Virus record (IMG/VR): IMGVR_UViG_3300009788_000106
Span: 1-64,000 of that record
DNA length: 64,000 nt
Origin: a virus
Reading direction: 5' to 3' (one strand)
The notes beneath the pieces were generated by a model. The model was not told the origin of the DNA. It did not search any database and saw only the letters and a list, made by a program, of their open reading frames with translations. Every line of letters begins with the position of its first letter. The first letter of the stretch is position 1. Shown here one piece after another: positions 42,818 through 52,456 of this stretch. The translations under genes and the position numbers were made by a program.

Positions 42818-45499
42818 ATGGTACAGTTTCTTGACCTTCTCGACGGAGGCAAAAAAGAGCTAGGCAAACAAGGGCGGCAGGTCTCCCAAAAGTGGAAGAC
42901 CGGAGGCGGTTGTATCGCCTGCCCATTGGACAGCGCAGACAGACCCAAAATCATCGGTACTGATCGTATCGAGGGTAGACCCGGAATGGTCTGGTCGCTG
43001 ACGCCAGGACGGCCAGAAGTAGAAGAGGGACTAGAACTGGTCGGCCCCAATGGGCGTATGCTATGGGAAGAGATCGAGGCCGCAGGCGGGTCGCGAGACT
43101 TGTTTGACACTCACCACATAGTATGCTGCCGCCCCACAACCCGAGTCGGGGCCACGGTCAAGAACAGGAACCCAAAGGATGTAGAACTTGAAGCGTGCTC
43201 CCACCACACGCGGCGGGCTGTTGGTGCGTCTGGCGGCGCTGCTTCAGTCTACCTGCTGCTTGGGGACAAGGTGGCCGATGCCGTGCTCGGCAAGCAACGC
43301 AAGAAGACAAAGCCGGTACAGTGGTCTAACAAGTACCAAGCTACAATGTTCTCTATTGATCACCCCGCCACGTTCACCCGTGGCGGATATCCTGAGTGGC
43401 GGTTAGAGGAGTGGCGTGAAAAGCTGAAGGCCGCGGTCTGGCTGGCAAAGCATCCCGGTCGCTGGGCGTTCCTGGAGACTGCAGACTTCAAGTATGTGTC
43501 CAAGGTCTCTAGCACGGCAAAGCTGATGGCCAAGCTCAGGCGGTTCGCAGCCAAGGGCCACCGCATTGCTGTTGATATAGAGGACTCGCCTAAGTATGGC
43601 CTGTTGAACGTGGGGTTCTCGTGGGCGCGGGGCAAGGCCCGAACCGTCATCCTATACCATCCAGAGAACCCGAACCCACAGGAGGCCGATGGCTGCTTGT
43701 CGCTGATCAAGGACTTCCTAGAGGACCCCGAGATCGAAAAGTCCTTCCACTGGGGAAGCTCCGACGTCAAGGGCCTCCGTGCCGAAGGCATCAAGGTCCG
43801 CGGGTACACCGGGGACACACACTACAGCAACTTCCTGCGCCGGACATACATGAAGTCGAACGGCCTCGAAGCGATCAGTGACAAGCTGTACCCGCTCTAT
43901 GCCGGGTACAAAGAATACATCAAGCCATACCTCAAGTCACCGATCGACTACGGTGACATCCCGCTGCAGCAGATCGCAAAGTACAACTGCGCCGACGCGG
44001 CCCTGACCTATGAGATCGACGCCGACACCACGCCCCATGTGAACCAGGACTTGTTGAAGGTATACGTCTGGGCCGGCATGACTTTGGATGGCATGCAATC
44101 ACGTGGGCCATGCTTGGATGAACGGTATATGAAGGCCGTGCGCAGGATCGTGCCACCAGCCATTGAGAAGAGCTTAAACGAACTGAGGTTGTTTGCCGAC
44201 AAACCGGCCTTCCGCTGTACGACTGAGGAAGTGGATGATCTACTATTCCGCAAGCTGAAACTAAAGAGGCCTGATGACAGCAAGGGCACGGACAAGAAGG
44301 TCCTCGAACGTATGCAACACGAGACGCCGCACCGGGCTGTGGACCTTGTCCTTGACTGGCGTATGTACAGCAAGATGCAGTCCACCTACATCGACGGGTA
44401 CGCAGAGTCCGCCCGGATACATGGCGGGCAACTCCGAACCAAGTGGGCGCTCGCTGGTGCCGTTACAGGCCGGCTCAGGAGTGGTGGCGGCAAACGGAAT
44501 CCCGGGTTTGTCAACATGCAGAACCTGCACGGCAAGCCCTTCCTTAAGAACTTGCTGGTGAGCGACCCCGACTGGTACCGGGTGCTCGACTGGAAGGGCG
44601 GTGCCATCCCAGAGGAGATCAAGGACCTTGACCTATTCATGGCATACGATTACAGCCAGGTCGAGATCAGGTTTCTTGCCATGGTCGCTCAGGACGAGCT
44701 GCTCATTAAACAGTTCATGCATGCGGCAACACAGGACGAGGGCGACCCAGCCAGTGACATACACTGCATTGTAGGCCACAGCATTAACCCGGAGTGGAGT
44801 CTAGAGTTCATCAAGTCCGACAAGGACACCCGCACGTTCATCAAGAACTGTCACTTCGGCTTGGTCTACGGGCTGTCCGAAGGTGGCCTGTACAACTACC
44901 TCAAAGTCAAAGGCATTAAGAAGACCGAGGAAGAGTCACGCGAGTTCCATCGCGGGTACTTCCGCACGTATAAGGGCGTCGGGCGGTACATCAAGTACAT
45001 GCGCAAGTTCGCCCTCGAACACGGGTACGTCGACACCATCTTTGGATTCCGCAGAGCCATTGGGGATGCCGCCGATGAGGAGCGCAACACGAACCCAGAG
45101 AACCAAGCAGTCAATTCGCCTATCCAAGGGGCCGCGCACCAGATGATCCTAAACGCAATGGCCCTACTACACCGCAAGCCAAAGACGTTCAACTTGCTGC
45201 GCAACCCCATTATGGAAGTCCATGATGCGCTGGTGTTCCGCACCAAGGTCCGGGACATGCAGGAGTGTTTCAAGCAGGGCAAGTACCTCATGGAGACCGC
45301 GGTCCCAGAGTTCACCCATAAGACCTTCGGGCGTAAGTTGGAAGTGCCCCTTGCGGCAGAGGCAGAGGCCGGCTTCCGATATGCCACTATGGTCGGGGAC
45401 TACCGTGGCACCAGCACTGACAAGTTCCTGCGGGACTGGCTCAAGTACAACATGAAGGTGGATGCCGACGTGCGTGACGAGTTCGGGCTTGCAGCTTGA
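42818..45499 (+). CDS. polA: family A DNA polymerase with an N-terminal uracil-DNA-glycosylase family-4-like domain
   Basis: Pol motifs DYSQVEIRFLA (A), RTFIKNCHFGLVYG (B) and VHDALVF (C). N-terminal GCIACPLD...GRPGMVW...VGPNGRMLWE...HHIVCCRP...SIDHPATFTRGG resembles UDG family 4. Confidence 0.8.
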   Translation: MVQFLDLLDGGKKELGKQGRQVSQKWKTGGGCIACPLDSADRPKIIGTDRIEGRPGMVWSLTPGRPEVEEGLELVGPNGRMLWEEIEAAGGSRDLFDTHHIVCCRPTTRVGATVKNRNPKDVELEACSHHTRRAVGASGGAASVYLLLGDKVADAVLGKQRKKTKPVQWSNKYQATMFSIDHPATFTRGGYPEWRLEEWREKLKAAVWLAKHPGRWAFLETADFKYVSKVSSTAKLMAKLRRFAAKGHRIAVDIEDSPKYGLLNVGFSWARGKARTVILYHPENPNPQEADGCLSLIKDFLEDPEIEKSFHWGSSDVKGLRAEGIKVRGYTGDTHYSNFLRRTYMKSNGLEAISDKLYPLYAGYKEYIKPYLKSPIDYGDIPLQQIAKYNCADAALTYEIDADTTPHVNQDLLKVYVWAGMTLDGMQSRGPCLDERYMKAVRRIVPPAIEKSLNELRLFADKPAFRCTTEEVDDLLFRKLKLKRPDDSKGTDKKVLERMQHETPHRAVDLVLDWRMYSKMQSTYIDGYAESARIHGGQLRTKWALAGAVTGRLRSGGGKRNPGFVNMQNLHGKPFLKNLLVSDPDWYRVLDWKGGAIPEEIKDLDLFMAYDYSQVEIRFLAMVAQDELLIKQFMHAATQDEGDPASDIHCIVGHSINPEWSLEFIKSDKDTRTFIKNCHFGLVYGLSEGGLYNYLKVKGIKKTEEESREFHRGYFRTYKGVGRYIKYMRKFALEHGYVDTIFGFRRAIGDAADEERNTNPENQAVNSPIQGAAHQMILNAMALLHRKPKTFNLLRNPIMEVHDALVFRTKVRDMQECFKQGKYLMETAVPEFTHKTFGRKLEVPLAAEAEAGFRYATMVGDYRGTSTDKFLRDWLKYNMKVDADVRDEFGLAA

Positions 45500-45515
45500 T
45501 TATGCCCCGTATAAT
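45495..45515 (+). promoter_or_regulatory. class II motif CTTGATTATGCCCCGTATAAT overlapping the polA stop
   Basis: Sequence read directly. Confidence 0.35.
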
Positions 45516-45531
45516 ACACTGAGGAAACCGA

Positions 45532-46041
45532 ATGGGACTGGACCAAATACTTGCCAAAGACGTTGACGTGGAAGCCTTGCTGAACGCACTGGAATTCTCC
45601 GATGGAGAAGTTGTCTACGCCAGTGCGCAGCAACCCGGTCTTCACGCGATGGCTTCAAGGTACCGGGTCCAGACCATGAGGGCCAGCAAGGACGCCGCTC
45701 TGAAACTAGAGCGCATTGAGGCACGGGCTTCAAAACGGATTAGGAGTGAACTCCGGGGCAGCACTGATAGAGTCACCGAAGCAGAAGTCAGGGCGCGTGT
45801 CGTCCTTGCCAAAGCGGTGATCAAGCAGGCAATCGACCTGGCCGACGCACAGGCCGAGGAGGAGGCTGCACGGCTTCTCCTTGAGTCTTTCCGGCACCGC
45901 AAGGACATGCTCCAAGTGGTTAGCCAAATGATCCGTGCCGAGGAATTTGTATTGCGCGGCCAGAGTCACACCGCGCTGGATGAGATCCGCAAACATGCCA
46001 AGGACAAATACCCTGGCGCAACACTGTCAAAAGGAGATTAA
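45532..46041 (+). CDS. hypothetical protein (169 aa)
   Basis: ORF with RBS GAGGAAA. Confidence 0.45.
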   Translation: MGLDQILAKDVDVEALLNALEFSDGEVVYASAQQPGLHAMASRYRVQTMRASKDAALKLERIEARASKRIRSELRGSTDRVTEAEVRARVVLAKAVIKQAIDLADAQAEEEAARLLLESFRHRKDMLQVVSQMIRAEEFVLRGQSHTALDEIRKHAKDKYPGATLSKGD

Positions 46042-46046
46042 CGAGT

Positions 46047-47246
46047 ATGGCGACAAAAAAACGCAAGACGAAACAGCCGGCGTGGAAGGAAGACGCCCGG
46101 CGCAAGGTTAAGGAACGGTCACAAGGTGGCCGGTTCAAGCTGGTCGAGGGCGACAACATCATTCGCATTCTACCGAACAAGCAGGGCACCAACGAAGCCC
46201 CGTTCCTTGAGTTCCAAGCTCATGGCGACGTCGGCAAGGACAGGAAGTTCCTCACATGTGGCAAGTCCCATGGCGGCAAGTCCTGCTACATTTGCAAAAA
46301 GATCAGCTCTCTCGAACGCAGCGGTAAGGGGGCCAATGTCAAGAAGGCCGCAGCCATGGCAATCAAAGAACAGATGGTCCTACAAGTGGCCGTCGTGGAT
46401 GAGGACACCGGGCGCTGGCGTGGTCCCTACACTTGGTACCTGTCGCTTGGGGGCTCGAAGGCTCTGTCTTCAGCCGTCCTTCGTCTGATCACCACGAAAC
46501 GCCGCAACTACGACCACCCGGTCGAGGGCTTCAACCTTGCGATCAACCGCACCGGCGCCGGCCTCGACACTCGGTATGGTCCGCCCGAACCGGACATGGA
46601 TTCCAGTGAAGTCCCCGAAGACATCCTGGACAAGCTCAAGGAACTCGAAGAAGTGGCCGGCAAGTACGATGCCTCTGCCTGCGAATCCGCCTACACTGGT
46701 CGCGAGATTGCGGCTGATGATGATGAGGATGAGGACGCCGACGAGGAGGACTCGGTCGATGAGGATGAGGAGGATGGCGACGACTCCGATGACTCCGATG
46801 AGGACGAGGAAGAGGAGGAAGCCCCGCCGCCCAAGAAGACCAAAAAGAAGGCGCCGGTAAAGCGCAAGGCCAAGCCTGCACCCGTCGAGGATGAGGAGGA
46901 CGAGGACGAGGATGACGACGATGAGGATGAGGCTCCTCCGCCGCCAAAGAAAAAGCCCCGCAAGAAGGCCAAGCCGGCTCCCGTCGAGGACGAGGATGAA
47001 GACGAGGACGAGGACGAGGATGAGGACGAGGACGAGGACGAGGATGACCCGCCTCCGCCACCAAAGAAAAAGACCCGCAAGCGCAAGCCGGCTCCCGTCG
47101 AGGAAGACGAGGACGAGGACGAGGACGACGACGACCCCGATGATGACGATGAGGACGACGACCCCGATGATGACGATGAGGACGAGGAAGACGACCCGCC
47201 TCCGCCACCGCCTAAGAAGCGCAGGAAGGTGAAGCGCAAGAGTTAG
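46047..47246 (+). CDS. putative zinc-binding ssDNA-binding protein (gp32-like) with a long acidic repeat tail punctuated by KKxKPAPVE modules
   Basis: CGKSHGGKSCYICKK Cys/His cluster in an N-terminal domain of about 200 aa. The C-terminus is about 200 aa of D/E runs with 4 copies of PPPKK..K(K/R)KAKPAPVE. The gene sits between polA and a RecA-like gene. Confidence 0.4.
   Translation: MATKKRKTKQPAWKEDARRKVKERSQGGRFKLVEGDNIIRILPNKQGTNEAPFLEFQAHGDVGKDRKFLTCGKSHGGKSCYICKKISSLERSGKGANVKKAAAMAIKEQMVLQVAVVDEDTGRWRGPYTWYLSLGGSKALSSAVLRLITTKRRNYDHPVEGFNLAINRTGAGLDTRYGPPEPDMDSSEVPEDILDKLKELEEVAGKYDASACESAYTGREIAADDDEDEDADEEDSVDEDEEDGDDSDDSDEDEEEEEAPPPKKTKKKAPVKRKAKPAPVEDEEDEDEDDDDEDEAPPPPKKKPRKKAKPAPVEDEDEDEDEDEDEDEDEDEDDPPPPPKKKTRKRKPAPVEEDEDEDEDDDDPDDDDEDDDPDDDDEDEEDDPPPPPPKKRRKVKRKS
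46690..47235 (+). repeat. low-complexity GAG/GAC (Asp/Glu) coding repeats with periodic K-rich modules
   Basis: Runs of gaggacgag interrupted by 4 copies of cc(g/t)cc(g/a)cc(a/c)aagaa..aagcc(t/g)gc(a/t)cccgtcgag. Confidence 0.6.
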
Positions 47247-47319
47247 CCAGTCCATGCTCACTCCTGGCAGGGGAGGGTCCTTCGGGGTCCTCCCCATCTC
47301 CCTTTAAGGACGGTAAACA

Positions 47320-48234
47320 ATGGCAAAACGCAAACCAACACTAGCATCCATACGGCAACGGCTGAAGCACGCCCCGCAAGACTGGCAACCTCGGTCCTAT
47401 ATTGACTTGGGTGAGCACTTGAATCCTGTGATGGGGCACGCCGACAAAGGGCTCCCCTATGGCTGTATCTGTGAAGTGTCCGGCAAGCCTTCTTGTGGCA
47501 AGTCCGTGTTCTGCGGAGACATAGCCGCGGCCTGCCAGGTACAGGACGGGGCCGATATCATTTGGCTGGACTGTGAAGACAGCTTTGAGCAACCGGCAAC
47601 CGAAGACGAAGGCTACTGGTTCCAGAAGCGCGGGCTGACTTGCCACGAAGGGGCCAAGAACTTCTACCTGATCAAACCCTACATTGGCAAGTTTGGGTCC
47701 ACTGAACGGTTGTCCTGCGCTCAGGACATGACTAAAGAGGCAGAGTCCCTGCTAGAGGCCCTGCACAACTACGACCCGAAGGGTAAGCGTGTCCTTGTCC
47801 TTGACAGTGTTGCTAACCTCATGCCAGCGGCCATGGGCGCGGCTGGGTTCGACCAGTCAATGAACACTGAGCAATCGCTACCGAAGTTCCTCGCGCTGCT
47901 CATGCGGCGCTGGGTGCCACTATTCAGGCAGTACAACACTGTCGGCCTATTCGTTAACCAGCTTCGTGAGAACCCCGGCCAAATGTTCGGGGACAAGACG
48001 TACACACCGGGCGGCAATGCCTTCAAGTTCGGCGCCCACGTCCGGGTTCGGATGCGTAAAATTATGTTGTTACCCTCCGCTAAGGTCAAGGGCAAAATAC
48101 TTGGCATTGGCGGCAGGATCAGGAATGACAAGAACAAGGCGGGTGGACTCGAACGGAGCGAGTGCGATTACAAGATCCTATTTCGTGGCGACTCCAAGTT
48201 CCTACCGGCAGGCACCATCAAGTACAAGAAGTGA
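47320..48234 (+). CDS. RecA-family recombinase/ATPase
   Basis: VSGKPSCGKSVFCGDIAAA (Walker A) and RVLVLDSVANLMPAAM (Walker B / RecA-like). Confidence 0.55.
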   Translation: MAKRKPTLASIRQRLKHAPQDWQPRSYIDLGEHLNPVMGHADKGLPYGCICEVSGKPSCGKSVFCGDIAAACQVQDGADIIWLDCEDSFEQPATEDEGYWFQKRGLTCHEGAKNFYLIKPYIGKFGSTERLSCAQDMTKEAESLLEALHNYDPKGKRVLVLDSVANLMPAAMGAAGFDQSMNTEQSLPKFLALLMRRWVPLFRQYNTVGLFVNQLRENPGQMFGDKTYTPGGNAFKFGAHVRVRMRKIMLLPSAKVKGKILGIGGRIRNDKNKAGGLERSECDYKILFRGDSKFLPAGTIKYKK

Positions 48235-48245
48235 AGGGAGACAAC

Positions 48246-48674
48246 ATGGCGAAGAAGAAGCAAGAGACAGTGGAAGAGACCGCACCGGTCCAGGACCCGA
48301 CCGAGGAAGCCCCGGTCGCAGTGGCAGAAGCAAAGGCATCACCGCGTGCTTGGGCGAGATCCGATGGCAGAGTATTGCCCGGTCACTCAGACCGCAGCAA
48401 ACGACAACTGGCAGGCCATGAGGAAGGCTTACTACAGGAGACCCGCAGAGACCCCGAAGTGGAGATGAACGTCGAGCAATTCCTAACCATGGCCATCATG
48501 GAACTTTGCGCCGGCGACACCACCACAACCAAGGTGAACGACGAACTCCAGTTGCTCTTCCCGGAGTCCATGAACGGCCGCCAGCAGGACCAGCTACTAG
48601 GGCGCATTAAGGCCTACTTGACCCGCATGAGCAAGTCGGCCAGTGACCTTGCCAAAGCAGTACGAATCAAGTAA
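48246..48674 (+). CDS. hypothetical protein (142 aa)
   Basis: ATG after AGGGAGA. Confidence 0.4.
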   Translation: MAKKKQETVEETAPVQDPTEEAPVAVAEAKASPRAWARSDGRVLPGHSDRSKRQLAGHEEGLLQETRRDPEVEMNVEQFLTMAIMELCAGDTTTTKVNDELQLLFPESMNGRQQDQLLGRIKAYLTRMSKSASDLAKAVRIK

Positions 48675-48689
48675 AGGGAGGTACCAGAA

Positions 48690-49694
48690 ATGCAGGAAGT
48701 TCTTGCAAAGGCAGCACGACCAAAGCGGTTATCCAGACTACTAGGGCAGAAGTCCCTAGTAGGGGCCATACGGAAACGGATTGACAGCGGACGCATTCCG
48801 AAGGCATGGTTGTTCTCCGGGGAGACAGGCGCCGGGAAGACTACCATCGCCCGCATCATCGCATTGTCCTTTCAAATGGTCACGGGTGACTTCGGCGAAC
48901 CCGGACCTGACATGTGGTCTGAGTACGAGGGGTTCGACATTCGGGAGATCAACGCATCGGACATTAACGGCGTGGACGACATGCGCCAGCTTGCCCGGGA
49001 CGCTGCCTTCATGCCCCAGCCAGGTTCCCTCAAGAAAATCATCATCTTGGATGAGGCACACCGCCTCACCGCAGCGGCCCAGAACTGCCTGCTGAAACCG
49101 TTCGAGGACACGGCAAAGGACACCGTCTGGATTGTATGTACCACCGAACCCGGCAAGATCATCAAGACTCTTCGGGGCCGGTGCGCTCAGTTCGAAATGA
49201 AGGGCTTAAGGTCTGGTGGTATCAAGATGCTGCTCAAGCGGGCGGCAAAGGCCGTGGCCTACTCGGGTGAGTTAGACACGCTGGTGGATGTCCTGGATGA
49301 GCAGGGCGTGTCCAGCCCGCGGGTCATCCTCGGCATTTTCGAGCACTTCATTGCTGGCGGGGACGCAAATCAAGCTGTACTAGTCGGCGGCAATGAGGTT
49401 GACGGGTACGCATTCTCAAAGCTGGTCTGGGCGCGTGAGTGGGCCGAAGTTGCCCCGGTACTGAAGGAGGCCACTGCGGAGCAAATGCGGAACCTGAGGT
49501 TCTCAGTGGTGGGTTACCTGCGTGCCATACTGCTAAGCACGAACAACAACGCAAAGACTCGCGTGATGGCCGCTGGCGCGATCGACCGGCTCAGTGTGTT
49601 CCCGCCGCCTGAGGACGGCATGTTCCGGGCGTGGTTCCCATCGCAGGTGTACCAGAGCATCCGGTTCATGGCTGGTACGGCGGCCAAAAAGTGA
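48690..49694 (+). CDS. AAA+ clamp loader subunit (DnaX/RFC-like)
   Basis: GETGAGKTTIARIIA (Walker A), IIILDEAHRLT (Walker B), TLRGRCAQF (sensor / SRC-like). Confidence 0.7.
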   Translation: MQEVLAKAARPKRLSRLLGQKSLVGAIRKRIDSGRIPKAWLFSGETGAGKTTIARIIALSFQMVTGDFGEPGPDMWSEYEGFDIREINASDINGVDDMRQLARDAAFMPQPGSLKKIIILDEAHRLTAAAQNCLLKPFEDTAKDTVWIVCTTEPGKIIKTLRGRCAQFEMKGLRSGGIKMLLKRAAKAVAYSGELDTLVDVLDEQGVSSPRVILGIFEHFIAGGDANQAVLVGGNEVDGYAFSKLVWAREWAEVAPVLKEATAEQMRNLRFSVVGYLRAILLSTNNNAKTRVMAAGAIDRLSVFPPPEDGMFRAWFPSQVYQSIRFMAGTAAKK

Positions 49695-52456
49695 AGCCCG
49701 GTCTCCTGTTCACTGGAGACTGGCAAATGTCCTGGAGCAACCTGGCTCAAGTCGAGCAGGCGGTCAAGGACATTCTAACCATTCACCAGACCAAGCGGAA
49801 GCTAGAGGCGGTAGTTCACCTTGGTGACGTCAAGCACATTCTGAACCCTGTGGACCAGCGCGTGTCAAACAAGGCCATCGAGATCGTCAAACGGTTCAAG
49901 GGCCTCGGCATCCGGTTCCTAGTTCTCCTTGGCAATCACGACCGGCTCAGCATGTCCGATGAGTCTCAGGACTGGTTCCCTACCCTGGCAGCAGCCGGGG
50001 CCGAGACCTTCACAGACCCCGACGTCATCCACATCTCTGAGAACGACGTTCGGTTGTTTATGTTGCCATTCCGTCGTGACAAAGCTGCACTCAAGGTGAC
50101 CGCTGCTGAGTTCGGTTCCCTGGCCGACCCGTCAAATGGCATCCTGTGCTTTCATGAGGACGTGTCTGGTGCCAAGTACGATCGACAACGGGGCATCGAG
50201 TCCGGACTGTCACGCAAGGCCCTACACATGGACAAGTACATGTTTGCCGTCGGTGGGCACGTACACTTCCGCCAGAAGATCGGGCCGAACGGCTGGTACG
50301 CTGGCAGCCCCTTTGCGATGGATTGGGGCGAGTGCAACCAGCGCAAGGGATACTTGCTGTACTCTGAAGGGCGTATGTACCGCCTTAGCAGCAGCCTTCC
50401 GGGCTGGTACGACCCAAGTGTCGCCGGGTTCGACAAAGTGGCACCAGCGTCGTTCAAAGGCGCACGGGTCCGTATCAGGGTCAACTACCGCAAGGAGGAC
50501 CCCAACTATCAGCAGAAGCTGGACACCGCCCAGCGGTCGGCCTCGGAGAAGTACCCGGATGCCGAGATCGTTCTCGACCCGCGGCAACTCAAAACCGAGG
50601 TCGAGTCCATTGCAGCCGAAGGGGATGACGGGGACATCATTAAAGCGTTTCTGAAGGCAAACACTCCTAAGCCCTTGCGCGGCCAGGAAGGGGCCCTGCT
50701 GGCCTACTTGACTAACCGACTGGAGTTGACTGGTAAGTCACTGCGCAGGCAAGGTGCCATAGACATCACTCGCGTGGTGGGCCGGAACGCCATGTCGTTC
50801 GAGACCGTGGAAGTGCCAATGCAACCCGGCATCACAGTGGTCACCGGCAAGAACCTCGACTGGGATGGCCGGTCCAACGGGTCCGGGAAGACCTCCTTGC
50901 TCCACTTGATCCCGATTGCGCTAGAGGGGAAGACCCTGAAGGGGCAGAAGCACGATGGATGGGTTCGTGAAGGCAGCACCGGGCCGGCCACGGTAGGCCT
51001 CGAAATGAGGTTGCCCGACGGGTCAACCTTCGAAGTATATAGGCAGCGCCGCCCCACGCGGTTGACTGTGATGCACAATGGTCAGGACATTTCGACCGGC
51101 ATGGGGCAAGCCGACACCCAAAAACGAATCCAGGAACTAACCGGCATGACTTGGGACATCTTGACGAATGCGGTATTTATCGACCAGCTACAGGTGAACG
51201 CTCTGCTACATGGGACGCCCACCGACCGCAAGAAGCTGCTTGCTCAGTTCCTAAACATTGAACGGTTCGAGGACGCGCAACAGGTTATCCGCAATGAGAT
51301 CCGCTCCGCGCAACGGTTCATGGAAGAATGGGATGAAGAAGTCGAAGCATCCCAGGTGGAGATAAGGCGTTACAGGGAGTTCATTAAGGACTTGGTGCTA
51401 CCAGACACCAAGGCGCTGCGCACGCAACTGGCGGGCCTCAAACGGGCGGCAAAGACCCAACAGGAGAACGTCGACCAGTGGCAACAGTACCTTGACGACT
51501 TGCCACCACAGCCGAACCCGGATGACGTGCGAAACTACACGACATCAGTCGGTCGTGTGGCTGGCAGGATTTTTGCCCTTGAGGACCAGATCTCTGAAGC
51601 TGAGGGCCAGCCCGACAAGTGCCCGACGTGTGGACAGAAGCTAAACCAAGTCAAGGTCCCACCACAGGCAAAGGCAAAGGCCGAACTCAAGAAGTGGAGA
51701 GTGACGCACAAGCAACTAAAGGGCGAGCTTGCCAAGGCGCAGCAGGAGAAGGAGGAGTGGGCCGACGACAGGCGGGAGGCCCTGATCAATCTCACAGCGG
51801 CACGGGCAAGGCTCCGAACCACCAAAGCCGAGCAGGCAGCGCCCCTGGCCCTACTGGCAGCAGCAGAGCAGGTTGAGACCAAGCGATCCAAGTACCAGAG
51901 CCTCAAGCGGGTGAACATGGCAAACCTTAAAATCTTCAAGCAAGGCGTCGTGGACATGGGACTAGAGGTCGAGTTCCTCAAGTTCGCGGCAGAGGCCTTT
52001 TCGCGGAACGGTGTGCCGGCATTCATCATGGCCGAGCTATGCCCCCGCCTCACCGCAGCTGCTGACTACTATTCGGACCTGTTCTCCGACGGGGAAATCA
52101 CGGCCACCTTTGCCATGGACAAGTCCGACATCGACGTCCAGATTATCAACCAACATGGCGGCCCCAAGATCGAGGACCAGTCTCGCGGCGAGACCAAAAT
52201 GGCTTCCCTGATCCTGTCCTTCGCCCTGCGGGACGTGACTAACCCGTGCAACATTCTGATCGCTGACGAACCCGGCGACGGGCTGGACGAAGTGAACGCC
52301 CGCCAGTTTGCCCGAGGCCTCAAGAAAGTCAAGCAAAGGTTCCCGGTCATACTGGTATGTACTCATGACCCACACATCCTTGCCGAGTTGTCCGGTGAAC
52401 GGCAAGCGACAATTATTAAGCAGAACGGAGTATCAGAGGTCACATATGGCAGCTAA
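49691..52456 (+). CDS. fused SbcD(Mre11)-SbcC(Rad50) nuclease/ATPase in one polypeptide
   Basis: N-terminal metallophosphatase motifs (LLFTGDWQ, HLGDVKH, LLGNHDR, GGHVH), then ABC ATPase Walker A GRSNGSGKTSL, coiled coil with zinc hook CPTCGQ, and C-terminal ILIADEPGDGLDE (Walker B / D-loop). GTG at 49691 overlaps the upstream stop. Confidence 0.65.
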   Translation: MKPGLLFTGDWQMSWSNLAQVEQAVKDILTIHQTKRKLEAVVHLGDVKHILNPVDQRVSNKAIEIVKRFKGLGIRFLVLLGNHDRLSMSDESQDWFPTLAAAGAETFTDPDVIHISENDVRLFMLPFRRDKAALKVTAAEFGSLADPSNGILCFHEDVSGAKYDRQRGIESGLSRKALHMDKYMFAVGGHVHFRQKIGPNGWYAGSPFAMDWGECNQRKGYLLYSEGRMYRLSSSLPGWYDPSVAGFDKVAPASFKGARVRIRVNYRKEDPNYQQKLDTAQRSASEKYPDAEIVLDPRQLKTEVESIAAEGDDGDIIKAFLKANTPKPLRGQEGALLAYLTNRLELTGKSLRRQGAIDITRVVGRNAMSFETVEVPMQPGITVVTGKNLDWDGRSNGSGKTSLLHLIPIALEGKTLKGQKHDGWVREGSTGPATVGLEMRLPDGSTFEVYRQRRPTRLTVMHNGQDISTGMGQADTQKRIQELTGMTWDILTNAVFIDQLQVNALLHGTPTDRKKLLAQFLNIERFEDAQQVIRNEIRSAQRFMEEWDEEVEASQVEIRRYREFIKDLVLPDTKALRTQLAGLKRAAKTQQENVDQWQQYLDDLPPQPNPDDVRNYTTSVGRVAGRIFALEDQISEAEGQPDKCPTCGQKLNQVKVPPQAKAKAELKKWRVTHKQLKGELAKAQQEKEEWADDRREALINLTAARARLRTTKAEQAAPLALLAAAEQVETKRSKYQSLKRVNMANLKIFKQGVVDMGLEVEFLKFAAEAFSRNGVPAFIMAELCPRLTAAADYYSDLFSDGEITATFAMDKSDIDVQIINQHGGPKIEDQSRGETKMASLILSFALRDVTNPCNILIADEPGDGLDEVNARQFARGLKKVKQRFPVILVCTHDPHILAELSGERQATIIKQNGVSEVTYGS

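Noticed and set aside
46470-47297. Several long minus-strand and alternate-frame ORFs (46470..47297, 46636..47208, 46691..47239, 46537..46860, 46891..47232) rich in R, S, G and L
   Set aside because: They are frame artefacts of the GAG/GAC acidic coding repeat in the 46047..47246 gene. Their products are low-complexity and there are no RBSs.
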